Positions 13,542 to 25,719 of a stretch of 64,000 nucleotides of DNA are shown here, piece after piece. Position 1 is the stretch's first letter, and each line of letters starts with the position of its first letter. Position numbers and translations under genes: made by a program. Origin of the DNA: Eledone cirrhosa (taxonomy: Eukaryota); NCBI GenBank assembly GCA_964016885.1, contig OZ024741.1, positions 186,372,001 to 186,436,000 of the forward strand, written 5' to 3'. Below the pieces are notes generated by a model. It did not search any database and was not told the origin of the DNA. It saw only the letters and a list, made by a program, of their open reading frames with translations.

Positions 13542-13543
<2 letters not shown>
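13071..13543. mobile_element. palindrome plus tail unit carrying a tRNA-like gene
   Basis: Diverged arms 13129-13296 and 13360-13543; tail 13071-13128; ends in (TA)n. Confidence 0.8.
13368..13438 (+). pseudogene. tRNA-like cloverleaf (possibly Pro-TGG-derived)
   Basis: Acceptor GGTGTAT/ATACGTC, anticodon stem TGGC/GCCA with a 7-nt loop, T-arm GTGGG-TTCGTGT-CCCAT, T6 run at 13450-13455; internally deleted copy on the minus strand at 13236-13288. Confidence 0.6.
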
Positions 13544-13572
<29 letters not shown>

Positions 13573-13620
13573 TGGAGTTATAAATATATGTATATGTATG
13601 CATATGTAAATATATGTTAT

Positions 13621-13662
<42 letters not shown>

Positions 13663-13984
13663 GGTGAATGGAAAGATCCTCCCAAGATTTTTTTAATGCA
13701 AATATGACTTCCTCATCTATATTGAAATTTGATCGGTCAAAAATATTCACAAATGATAAAGATGTCTAAAAATTGCTGAACACTAGAAGCAGTGCCACTC
13801 AATTTTAAATACGATGTTAGCTCGATCAGATCTTCGGAATCTGTTATACAAAATATAAACTATATATAACCGGCAAATTTACAAATTCAAATTACATCAT
13901 CAATAATAATATTAATAATAAAGATGGAGAGAGAAAAGAAGGAGGAAGAAAGGGAGATAGATACAGTAAAGAAAGAAAGAAAGA

Positions 13985-14050
13985 AAGAAGAAGAAGAAGA
14001 AGAAGAAGAAGAAGAAGAAGAAGAAGAAGAAGAAGAAGAAGAAGAAGAAG

Positions 14051-14080
<30 letters not shown>
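13985..14080. repeat. (GAA)n microsatellite
   Basis: Directly visible. Confidence 0.95.
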
Positions 14081-14081
<1 letters not shown>

Positions 14082-14790
14082 GGTTACAGAGAAAAATATA
14101 AAGAGAAGAAAATATATGGAAATGGTTGTAGACAGAGGAGAGATAGGCATAAGGATAAGTAACGTAGGATAGAAAGAAAAATAAAGGGAAAAGTAATGAT
14201 ATCAGCAATAAATGAATAAACGTTAATATATGAATAAATGTAAATAAAATAAAAATAAATATATATAGAAAATATATAAAAATTGTATAAAATATATAAA
14301 AAGATAGAGAAATAAATAACTAAATAAATAAATGACATCTAATGTGATATAAAATGGTATAAAATGTGAAAAATAAAGAATGAAAATAAATACGTAAAAG
14401 AAGTAAAAATGTACGAAGAATATTTAAACATATTAAAATTATTGAGAGTGGTTTTTGAGAAATGTTAAAATATAAGAAGAGATATGTAGGTAAAAACATG
14501 ATAATGTTAAATATATTTATGTGTGTATTGGTTATTTTAATAAATAAATAAATTAATTAGTTTTAAGTTATATTATATGATAAAATAAATGTCAGAGATG
14601 AAATAAATTTAGGGAGAGAAATATAAAGATAGATAGTGAAAGATAGAGATATATAAAATAAGAGTATAAATATAAGAGGTGTTGATGTTGTTCTTTGATA
14701 GATGATGACAATTATAATTATAATCATAATCATAATGATGATGATGCTGATAATGTGATATTACAATAGATCTAAGTGGTACAATCTGGG

Positions 14791-15480
14791 TTATGGAATA
14801 GATAAGATGGAATTAAGCTGGTCTAAAGTTCTCAAATTTGGTCGCCGATTTATGTCGGCAAAAATAGTTCTTTCAATTTTACTGTTAAGAAGCATTTTGT
14901 TGTAATTTAAAATTTGGAAAAGTTCCATATTACAGAGACCGCAGTGGGACATACCAATTTGATAGGCCGTTGCTTTTGATAGCTTCGTCCAGCTGATTTT
15001 ATATTCCATGTTTTCATCCTTGTGTCAATTTCTATGTTTAGTCCTAGATTTGTTGTTTCTATATGTGTGGATAGTGCTATTAATATTAAGTGTGTTGTTA
15101 GTTTTTGTATCTGGTATGTATTTGAGTCTCTCTTTATGGCCTGCCTTAAGTAAAGCTATGTTGTAGTAGTTAGCGTGTTCGTTAAAAATATATAGGTTAG
15201 AAGATAGGCGCGAGGTTCTGAGGGATATACTATGTGCTATGGAATTAATTATGGATCGAGGGTAATTAGAGTTATAATCAATGTAAGCTAAATTTTCATT
15301 ATTTTTATGGTCTGAGTTATTTTTAGTCCTGAGTTAAGGTTACGCGATACATCTAAGAAGTTAGCTTTTTTAGAGTTTGGTTCAAAAGTGATGTTAAGGT
15401 CTAAATTATTAAAGAATTTTCTAATCTTTTTCCTTCATCTTTCTAAGTTTTGATTATTTAGGTTTTTAAGCTAAAAGTAG
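14791..15480 (-). mobile_element. Penelope-like element 3' fragment (RT end plus C-terminal CxLC region)
   Basis: ANFLDV near 15350 and YKISWTKLSKATAY..HCGLCNMELFQI..LLNSKIE; degenerate. Confidence 0.7.
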
Positions 15481-15486
15481 TGTATA

Positions 15487-15574
<88 letters not shown>

Positions 15575-15655
15575 CATATATGTACATATATATATATATG
15601 TAGATATGTACATATATATATATATGTAGATATATACATATATATATATATGTAG

Positions 15656-15823
<168 letters not shown>

Positions 15824-15922
15824 ATATATACATATATATATATATGTATATATATGTATGTCCCAAGGCTCTGATACCATCAACACCATAAACACAGAGG
15901 TGGCATATCTAAGAACTGACTA

Positions 15923-15978
15923 ACTGCCTGATGAGGTCATAACCATTCAATGGCTATCATCGAAATTTATATAGCAGT
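15923..15978 (+). ncRNA. type I hammerhead ribozyme motif
   Basis: ACTGC-CTGATGA-hairpin-GAAAT TTAT ATA-GCAGT; related to the 35670 HHR; lies in a short island between TA runs. Confidence 0.75.
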
Positions 15979-16036
15979 AAATAAAGGATTATGAGTTCAT
16001 GCCATTGACTTATGTTTCGTCACTATATATATATGA

Positions 16037-16250
16037 AGGCGTGTGGCGGAGTGGTTAGAGAATTGGATTCGCAATCGTAAGGTTGTGAGTTCGATTCCTG
16101 GACCAGGCGATGCGTTATGTCCTTGAGCAAGACACTTTATTTCACGTTGCTCCATCTACCTGGAGTTGCGACCGATAGATAGTATTAGCAATTGGAAAGA
16201 CCGACGGAAACATTGTTCCCTCGGTCCGATTTGACGAAAGTCGATCGTCC
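16037..16250 (+). mobile_element. tRNA-derived SINE
   Basis: A box TGGCGGAGTGG, B box GAGTTCGATTCC, then GTCCTTGAGCAAGACACTT core; second copy at 47570-47785 (minus). Confidence 0.85.
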
Positions 16251-16405
16251 TAGAATATATATATATATATTAGAAAGTAAGGTTTTTTTTACAAAATGAA
16301 AAATAACCGAGGTGTCCTACACGAATGAAAGTATAAAGAAAAAAAGATGAAATCGAAAATGCAACTGGAGTCTTATTTTTTAAAAAATATATATATTTAT
16401 TTGGT

Positions 16406-16445
16406 TCCTTTACCGGTTTCGCAGTTCTTCTGCTTTTCAAAAGTA
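16406..16445 (-). ncRNA. minimal hammerhead motif, U3-A8 variant
   Basis: Minus strand: TACTT-TTGAAAA-GCAG aagaa CTGC-GAAA CCG GTA-AAGGA. Confidence 0.65.
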
Positions 16446-16470
16446 GAGTTGAGATGGAGGGTCTGTGGTT

Positions 16471-16541
<71 letters not shown>

Positions 16542-16657
16542 GTGCGTCTGAGTATGTATATATCGACACCAGTCCATTTGTTTACATTCAGACGCTTTTA
16601 AGAGAGAGGGAGGGGGGGGATGTGTGTATATGTATATAAATATATATATATATATAG

Positions 16658-17010
16658 TCAAATATGGGAAAAGCAAACAAGGTAAGAAAAAATCTTTACT
16701 TACTTTAAAGACCCTACTGCAGTTTCATTTGGAAAATAACGGTACTCGGAGTAGAGTATCGCGAGAAATCCCAAATCATCAGGAGAATTTCTCGGACCAA
16801 GAATTCCTAACGTTTGCTGTCAATGAAAATTTTGAATGAAATTTGGCCGAATGAAACTACTTTCTAGAAGCACGTAGCCTGCCATTGTCCACATTCGCTA
16901 CACTCCTGTGGTCACTTGTCACGTGACAGTCATTTGCTTTTCCCATATTTGATTTTATTAGGGTCTGAATCTGTTAATTTTATTAACTCTTTCATAATTT
17001 GGACGCTCTG
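16658..17010. mobile_element. asymmetric palindrome plus tail unit with hammerhead
   Basis: 20-bp inverted repeat 16658-16677 / 16933-16952; tail on the right; TA flanks. Confidence 0.65.
16712..16785 (-). ncRNA. type I hammerhead ribozyme motif
   Basis: Minus strand: CTC-CTGATGA-TTTGGGA...TTCCAAAT-GAAAC TGCA GTA-GGG; short stem I. Confidence 0.6.
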
Positions 17011-17071
17011 TATATATTTGTATATACACCCGTCTAGAGATATATATACTTCTTCGTTTTATATATATATA

Positions 17072-18400
17072 CTCGTGGCCCGTTCGGCTGGCGCTCGGCT
17101 AGGTATGCCGGCATTTTATCTTTTCAGGAATATCTTTTACACTCCAGTGCAAAGATAGCGCACGCCCTCTCAAGTCAAGACATCGAGGGAGATGGGGTTA
17201 ACCTGCTCTGATGTTGAGTTTGAATAGATTTAGGATTCCCCAGTTCAGCAGCTAGTACGTTAAAGGTAATTCATAGTTACAACAATAAAGGCTGAACAGA
17301 GAACACATTTTTTACAAACAATAATTTGTACATCCATAATGGAAATTCCAAGAAACAGAAAATATTTAAATTACATTGCTAGAGCCTCTGAGTATACAAT
17401 ATCTTTTGTTCGGCCCTCCGGAGCAAAGATGAAGAGATTGTTTGACGAGCTCACCTTAGAGCATCCTACATACAATTGACCATCGGAGAATCACTGATTT
17501 CGTAGCTCGTCTTGTAAAGAAGCTCTGTAGACGTTGACCTCTGGACACTCCTGTCAGGAGCAGGTAAGCTGTAGTGACTTAGAGGTCTACCACCAATCTC
17601 CAGGACACTGTTTTCAAGACAAATGAGCACCTCATTGAAAACGACATCGTATGTTACGTTCGGATTGTGTCTGCGTGTGCGGTGGAGGATGTCCTCAGCT
17701 AGACTTTCGCGGTGGTTGTTCCACAGTGCGAGAGGGTCGGCGAGATCGCAGTTGTGCAGCATAATAGCCAAAAGTTTTCGCAGCTGAGAAGGGACTTTAG
17801 CAGTTGCTGCTTCTTGCAGGGTGAGGTGCCAATGGCTGTCATCGTGTAACATACCACGCATCTGGCAAGCCAAACGGTAAGTGGAACATTGGTGGCCATT
17901 GATGTTCCTCAGATCTTGGAAAGATTGTGGTCCTCTAACCTCGAACAGTGACAATGACGATAAGCCGTCTGTGCTTTCGTGAAATAAATAGGTTTTTATG
18001 TTTGTGTATGCAAAAATATATGTATACGAATATATATATTAAAATAACAGGATCTTCTCAAACTAAAAAAAATCCGACTGTGAACACAAGTAAATATTTC
18101 GAAAAACGTTATCTAATGCAGACAGCCAAACATACAGACTAAGAAAAAGAGGGGAATGTTGTGTGACGTCATAAGAAAAAGTGAGGAATGACGTATAACC
18201 GGAAGTGTTGACATTTGAAATTTTAAAGAAGTACATATTTAAATAATGTCTTTAATCTGTTAACAAAATTCAGTAGACAAAAATAACCTCACTTTCTTAC
18301 TTGGAAAAAGTTACATCTATGGTGCAAATTTGGTGCCGTTTGGTCCAGCCCTTTGGCGGAAAGTTTGTTACCTACATACGGCCGTCAGCTTTATAGTATA
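17072..18400 (-). mobile_element. internally deleted Helitron
   Basis: ORF 17466-17954 (VRGPQSFQDLRNING..TYRLAC..RGML.DD..W..TL.EA..P.QLR.LLA) is the Rep-helicase linker; GQLYVGCSKV..TKDIVYSEAL near 17380-17480 is the helicase C-terminus; degenerate 3' hairpin at 17072-17100. Confidence 0.85.
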
Positions 18401-18420
18401 TATATATATATATATATATA

Positions 18421-18655
18421 AAATAAAATAAAATAAAATAAATAAGTCAAATGTTTAAAATTTGGCTTTGTTTATTTGTATATTTGTTTATTTGTTTATT
18501 TGTATATTTCGGTGACAGCCATCTTTAGCTGTGACCTCTTCAGGCAGTCCGAATTAGTCTGGTAGAGACGAGTACACATGTTGTTGAGGTGTTTAACTTT
18601 GTCAATACTCTGATATTCCCAGTTCCTAGTTGGGTTGTTTCATTGAGGAACTAGA
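18421..18655 (-). mobile_element. solo arm of the 35343-35775 family with partial hammerhead
   Basis: TTTCGGTGACAGCCATCTTTAGCTGTGACCTCTTCAGGCAGT matches 35407-35448; the stem I 3' strand is replaced by a TTTG/TTTA repeat. Confidence 0.8.
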
Positions 18656-18730
18656 ATCATATATATATATATATATATATATTATAAAATAACGGGAGGT
18701 TGGACTGGTGTAATTCCTTAAAGGTTTATT

Positions 18731-18788
18731 ATACTATGAACATTTCAATGACCGCGTTCAGTATGAATCCGGTGATATCATCAGGTAT
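18731..18788 (-). ncRNA. type I hammerhead ribozyme motif
   Basis: Minus strand: ATAC-CTGATGA-stem II-GAAAT GTTC ATA-GTAT; same family as 57666-57739. Confidence 0.65.
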
Positions 18789-18861
18789 TCGAAATTTAAC
18801 AAAGAAATATAATCCATGGAGCTGAAAAGGCAGATTGACAAGAAAGCGGGCAGCCATTTAG

Positions 18862-18934
<73 letters not shown>

Positions 18935-19334
18935 GATGTTTGAAATTGGTTAGACCATTACTTAACAGAGCAATCGATATTTGGGATAGTAGAATATGGT
19001 TATATTATAATGAGTCGGAGCCCGACGTCGGAGCTCAGCGGTCGAGTCCCGACTCTTTATAATATTTGTGTGTGTGTGTGTGTGTGCGTGTCTGTGTGTG
19101 TGCGCGCATATGTTTCTGTGTGTTTATGTCAACTGGCATAGGTGTTTTTGGCGTTTCACACAATGTCCGCCAAAGAAACTTCTTTTCCACAGATTGTGTC
19201 CCACCCTTGGCTAGAATAAATGATATTTATTCAAGGAGCCATGCGGTAGGATAGAACTCTATTGCACGTAATTCTGTATGGATCATCTTAAGCAAACACG
19301 CAAGATTGCGACCATCTCCGGACATATTTCTCAT

Positions 19335-19525
19335 AATTGTTTCTACTTTTAGCACAAGGCCAGCAATTATCCCAGTGTATTACGGGTAGTTTATTTTATC
19401 GACACCGTAAGGATGAAAATCAAAGTTAACTTCGGCGGGATTTGAACTCAGTCCGTAAAGGGACGTAACTGTGCTGCAAAGCATGGCGTCCGAACCCCTA
19501 CCGTTACTGCCAATCCACCGCCCAT
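19335..19525 (-). mobile_element. abundant SINE copy, near full length
   Basis: Core as above plus the GCATGGCGTCCG...TGCCAATCCACCGCC head. Confidence 0.8.
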
Positions 19526-19843
19526 ATTTCTCATAATGATGAGCCAGCGGTTCCTGAAAGTTCTGAGTTTCTAAACTTCGCACTGGAGTGATCTGTTGCT
19601 AGTTTTCTTGCATGTCAGTCATTCATGACAATAAGATGTTATGTATTATATATTCACACAATATAAGCACACACATAGAGAGGTGTATACGTAAATACAC
19701 ACCCACACTTACACACATACATGCACAAGCGCACATATACTTAAATCCACATATATACTTTTAATCGCTCCAGTTCAGGCATACACGCATATTTATATAT
19801 ATACTATTTCAGTAATCACCATAACACACTATCACACACATAT

Positions 19844-19875
<32 letters not shown>

Positions 19876-20899
19876 CAAGGCACATCCAATCACTCACATA
19901 TCGAGACACACATAAATTTACTCACATACCCACCTGAACGTACAGCCACCGATAGAAACCAAAGCGCTAATCTGCAGATATGCCACAATACACACCTATT
20001 CTATGAGGGTCTCATATCATCACCTGCTGTATATAATTAAACTTGATGTGACGTGTGCCTTCCGATTAGGAAATATGACCAACGGACAAGAATTTTAGTC
20101 ACACGTTCTCATACTAATATTTACTTAACCTTCTATTACTATTGCAATATTGGCCAAATTGGTGTTTTTGTTATTGTTGCTGTTTCTTGCTTCCGCCACC
20201 TTCTTCTTCTTCTTCTTCTTCTTCTTCTTCTTCTTCATGCTGGAGGAATGTTTTACAGTGAGACGTCGTCTTCTGATATGATTTGAACTCAGTATGGGAT
20301 TTAACGGGGTAAGTATTGTTTTCTTTTTTCATATCTATTCGTTTTACTTTGCTTTTTTTTTATCATGGAAAATCTTTCTAAACTTTCTATATCTTCAAAT
20401 GTGCCAGGAGACACAGAGAAATGTAACGTCAATGGTTTTCTTGAAGTCACTAACGGTGTGGTTGTTCAACTTGATATATTTGGAGCATAGTTATTACTGT
20501 GGCTGTGTGTGCTATCATAATAGAAATACTACTCTAACATTTCTGTACATACAGTGATTTCTGTGCATACAGCGGCTACAACTTAACTTAACATTTATTT
20601 CTGTATTCTGATATTTAATTTAGGCACAAGTACAGTTATTTGAAGAAGGGTGTACGATAGAGTGGATTACATCGACTCTAGTACTTGACTAGTACTTTAT
20701 TTTATTGATCTCTGAAGGATGAAACATAAAGCTAACCGCGGCACTATTTGAACATAAAACATACAGAGCCGGAACAACTACAGCAAAATGTTTTTTCGTT
20801 TGTTTTCGTTTGTTTTGTTTGGACGCTCGAACGATTCTGCCAACCCACCTCCTTTTTTTTGGGGGGGGGGGGGTTCTAGAAACTAAAATAAGAGCAAAT

Positions 20900-21400
20900 T
20901 ATGTCAAACAAATTATGCAATACTGGAATACTGTCTCTGAAAACGAGATCTAAACTGACCGCTCCAAGGAAAACCGCTAAGTCACAATGATCAACCCTAT
21001 CGGAAGATTTCAATTGATCTAGATTATTCAGAGACATACCAAAGCCGACTTTTTCATACACCCTGTCAATGTATTAAATGAGCCTGAGGTTTTTTGGATC
21101 ACGCATATCTGCGCCAACGTCTTTACTAATACCTTGACTATGATTGTAAACTCTGTATTCAGGAAAGTACCAATGAGGCCCATATTATCCGTTTTCTGGT
21201 TAAGAAAAGACACGGACAATACCATCACAGCAGAACTTATAAAACCGGCAAATCCACCTTCCTAATATCTGGTGTAGTTGACGTCTGCCAAGAAGCCGCT
21301 GAAAATGATTGGCATGCAATCAGCGTAGGGCAACCCTCGATATGCACCTTACGCAACCGCACGTCACTACATGTATCTCAACCGCTGTTACAGGATATTC
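20900..21400 (-). mobile_element. L1/Tx1-clade RT fragment, degenerate
   Basis: FLNTEFTIIVKVLVKTL resembles LLNxDYKILAKVLAxRL; NLDQLKSSDRVDH resembles LDQxKAFDRVDH. Confidence 0.65.
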
Positions 21401-24221
21401 ACAGAACCTCATACCTTCTGTTAAGAATCATGGCAAGCCGGCGAGTTAGGTAATAAAGTTCAGCTCCAACTGGAATAAGCCAGTTTTTCGAATAATTGAA
21501 CAATATATTGATGGAAATTCCCTCACAACTGTTTAGATCAGTGTAACTCCTGCCGCCTCGCGGACCCAAATGTGTCTTTGTTGCCACGTCAAGCCCTCCA
21601 AAAAGTTACTTTCCCTTGTGTTTCGCAACACGTACCATACGTCTGAAAACGAAGCCTCCGTGTATTTTACGAAATAGTCAAGTGCCATTCTTTTCGCTAG
21701 CAAGTCAGTCGAGCTGCCATTTCACGTCACTTCTTCTAATTTCCTTACCAACCAGAATACCCAACAACCGCCACATCAAATCTATTTTCTATATCCCTAT
21801 TTCTTTGCTAAATATTTTCTATTGAGATTTAACCATCTTCAGGGCACCTCACCATCGGATTTTGATAGTTGGTGCATAACTATTTCAGTAAAGTGTTGCT
21901 TTTTTTGTTTGTTATATATTGTTTTGCTTTGTTTTGGGGGGTTTGTTTGTTTTTTGCACTGGAAATGAGGTGCCCAGCTTCCATTAAGTGGGTCGGTCTT
22001 TCCTTACCGTCTAGATGGACGAATCACAAATTTGTGGTCGATGTAGCCGATTAATCTAAATTCTAAACACCCTATGTATGTCCACTGACTTAAATATAAT
22101 TTTGTATCAAAACGATATGGCTGACGTACTATAGTATCAACATGTCCACACTGACACATTGGGTAAATCCGGTCTGAGAAGGTATGGAAGCGGTTATAAC
22201 CCTTATTCGGCGGGCTAACAACATTGTCATAGCGTACGTCTAAAAGTCCCAGACATCAACTATTACTACCACTCCATAATGGAGCATGAATAATAATTTT
22301 CACCTTTTTATTTATTTTATGATTTTCTCCTCATCCATGTAGGAATATAGTACTACAACATATAAACCTTAGTAATAATATTGGCCTTAATTTATGAGAG
22401 ATTTTACAGTTGATTTTATTAACTCATGTATTTAATTGGTACATTACTATAACGTGCACAATATGATGGAGGATGAATTCAACCACGAAGGCATTTGAAC
22501 TCAGAACTTACAGATGTGGTCTACCCTGGGAGTTCGTTTCTATTTACACAACATAATAAGATGGCTGACCTTACCAGAAGAGACACGAATTCCCCGGGTT
22601 AATCATGAGTTAAATTTATAGCCAATACAGGGACAAGTTTTGAAACATTAGATAGCATCCAAATATATTGAATGACATTTATAGAGAGCGCTCGTTTTTC
22701 CTCCACCCTGTCTCCGGAAATATTGAGTCTGCGTGTGACGCACCATATCATTTTCACTTTATCTTTATTATTTATTATTCATTTGTTTATCAAAGTTCTT
22801 TCGTCAGACATTCTGTGACCTCCCCAAGGATTATCTGTTTTGTGCCTCCTCTTTTTCCAGGTGTTAACTTGTACTGCATCCTGTCTTTGTTTTGTTTTGT
22901 GGCGCATGTTTTGTGTTTCATGTTTGTGTAAGCATTTGAGCCTGTATGTGTGTGTGTGGGGGGGGGGGGTTCTTTCTATTGGCAATATGGGCAAATTGAC
23001 CATCCCCAAATATAACTATATCTGTTTCAACACGCGAGTTCATATTATAAACCTTGCAAAACAAATACTTCTTCACTGGTATAATTATTGTTTTTGTTAT
23101 TATGTGGTGGATTAGCAAAATGTTTTAGCAGAAGAATAAATGCTTTCCGAGTTCAAATTTGTCTTTCATCATTCTGAAGGTTCAATAAATTAGAGAAGCA
23201 GTAAAGTATAGTACCTCCTCAACTCAAATTTCTGAACATATATCTAGGTTAGAGCCAATTATTTATTGTATTGTGGTTGTGGTGTTGATGGTTGTTGTCG
23301 TAGTCCTCGCAAATATAAGGTTTACCTTAATTTCTCTACGTCACAGTTGCAAACAAAGCCTGTGTCTATTTCAGAGAAGCTGTTGGTATTTAACTCCGGG
23401 TCAACTATGATTATAGGGGTCTATAACTATTGCACATTTCATCTATTACAATATACTTTTCTCTCAGTCAGAATATATCTAAATTCACAATATCGAATGT
23501 GTTTTTCTTTTTATTCACTAAAGCTAATCTTTAATATAACTGAGGTTTGCTTCTATATCTAGCAAGCCTATTTATCGAATATAGGCTATCAGTTTGCTAG
23601 AAATAAAAACTTAGTGTTATTCTTTTTGGTGGTATTTTGGTGGATTTTTGGTGGTATTTTTGTTGTTTAGCTCATGTACAGATATCCATAATTGAAAGAT
23701 CTCTAAACAAAGGCAGAACCATACCTTATTTCCAACACAATTTACCCCAGCACACGTCCTTCGTTACACATAGACATTATGCTGTAATTCGAGATTGATG
23801 TAGCCAAATAGAGTCACCACATACGGTGCTCTCGAATTGACTCATGCATTGGTAGAGTCATTAGACTTTCTAGACATTTAGTTACATCCTCAGATCAAAT
23901 CTCGCCTATGTTAACTCTGCCTTTCATATTTCCAGGGACAATAAGATAAAGTACTAATTAAGTATTTGAATCGATTTAACCGACTTTCGATAGCCACAAA
24001 CAATTGTTAGTCTTGTGACTATATTTGAAACAATTGTTATATGTATGAGAGTGTGTATCCGTGTATGTATGCATAGGCTTATATAGATATATGAATGTAA
24101 GTCTGTATCTATAAATATGATTATTTACGTCTCGCTGAGTGCGTAACTATGGATATACTTATAAATATTTACATGACAGATTATTATTTTCTTTTTGTGA
24201 TTATTTCAATGAAGCTTTTAG

Positions 24222-24316
<95 letters not shown>

Positions 24317-24431
24317 TGAGTGTGTGTGTGTAAGGATGGGCGTGCGTGAGTCTGTGTTTGTGCATGTTTGGATATATATGTATCTTATATGATTTGTGTG
24401 TAATGTTGCAGAACAGCAGCAGTAACAGCAA

Positions 24432-24432
24432 C

Positions 24433-24499
<67 letters not shown>
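24432..24499. repeat. (AGT)n microsatellite
   Basis: Directly visible. Confidence 0.95.
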
Positions 24500-24810
24500 T
24501 TTGGTGGAGACGGAAGTGTCTATGTTGCTGCCGAACGTGATACTGGTAACTGTGTTACTTCCATCAACCTTTATATGTCTTATCATTTACCTCATTTCTC
24601 ACATCAATAAAAGGGCTTAGAGAATTCCTGATCGAAACTAACTGACCAAAGGGAGCAGCATCAAGTTAAGATTCTTAGAAAAACCACGAGGTCAGCATTG
24701 ATCAAGGCCCGTTCAATTCAAAACCAAATAATTCATATAGAAAATAATAAGTTAATTGACAGGCAAAAAAATATATAAACGTATGCCTATATATATATAT
24801 ATATATATAT

Positions 24811-25365
24811 GAATAAATTTAGTCCTTCATCAGTGATCTTCCAGCCTTCATTGGTATTTCATCGCTTTAAAGACCATATACCTCCGGTTGGTGCGAGCAA
24901 CGGCTAAAGAAAGTCGTTGGGACACGTAAATAGGGGGTACGAGCGAGACAGTAAACAAACAAAGATGGTAATGCAACGAAAAGTGAGGAAGAAGGAGTCA
25001 AGTCCATGAAATCGATGAACATAAGTTCTGTGAAATCGTAGACGAGAGAGAATAAAGACCATCCGACCTGGTCGAAGTGTGAGTGAGGAAAGAATCTCGC
25101 ACAGATCAAACGGGTGGATATAGGAAAGGGAGTAGCACAGACTGAGTGAGTGAAAGTGTGATGAAGAGGCTAACAGAGAGAGTGAGGGGGTAAAAGTGAT
25201 AGATACAGAGAAAAGGGGAAGCAGTAAGAAAGAAACAGACGGGTGACAGCGGAGGAAAATATGGCGTGTTGCGTGGTTGCAAATGGGTTACATAAGAATA
25301 AATTTAGTCCTTCATCAGTCATCTTCCAGTCTTTTCATCGCTTTAAAGACTATATACCTCCGGTT
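24811..25365. repeat. terminal ~70-bp direct repeat enclosing ~410 bp (pLTR-like partial tandem)
   Basis: GAATAAATTTAGTCCTTCATCAGT...CATCGCTTTAAAGAC.ATATACCTCCGGTT at 24811 and 25297; diverged inverted copy at ~57465-57552. Confidence 0.8.
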
Positions 25366-25645
25366 ATAATTCCTTCATTCTTCTTTCTTTTTTCTTGTCT
25401 GTATTTGTCTATTTGCCATGTTAGATCCATCTATCTTCATATGGACCTCAGGTATTTAAACCATGTGTAAGCCCATGTATTACTTTCTTAGTCTTTTTCT
25501 CTTTCTCTTACTCTCTCGCTATCGTTCTCTCACCCACACCACTCACACAAACACACATACACCCATCCATATGCACAGACTCACACGCACAAATATATAT
25601 ATATATAAATATATATATATATATGTATAAGAACCCAAGAGCAAA

Positions 25646-25719
25646 TCTATATATCTAAAACAAAGAATGTCTGTCTGTCTGTTCGCTCCCTAAAACTCGA
25701 GAACCGGATACACTGCTAG
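25646..25719 (+). mobile_element. miniature Helitron remnant
   Basis: A|TCTATATATC...(TGTC)n...ACTGCTAG|T: 5' TC and 3' CTAG ends inserted between A and T. Confidence 0.55.

Noticed and set aside
13924-14172. Poly-Glu ORF
   Set aside because: (GAA)n microsatellite
16037-16110. Functional tRNA gene
   Set aside because: Runs into a SINE core, occurs in several diverged copies, and lacks a proper acceptor stem
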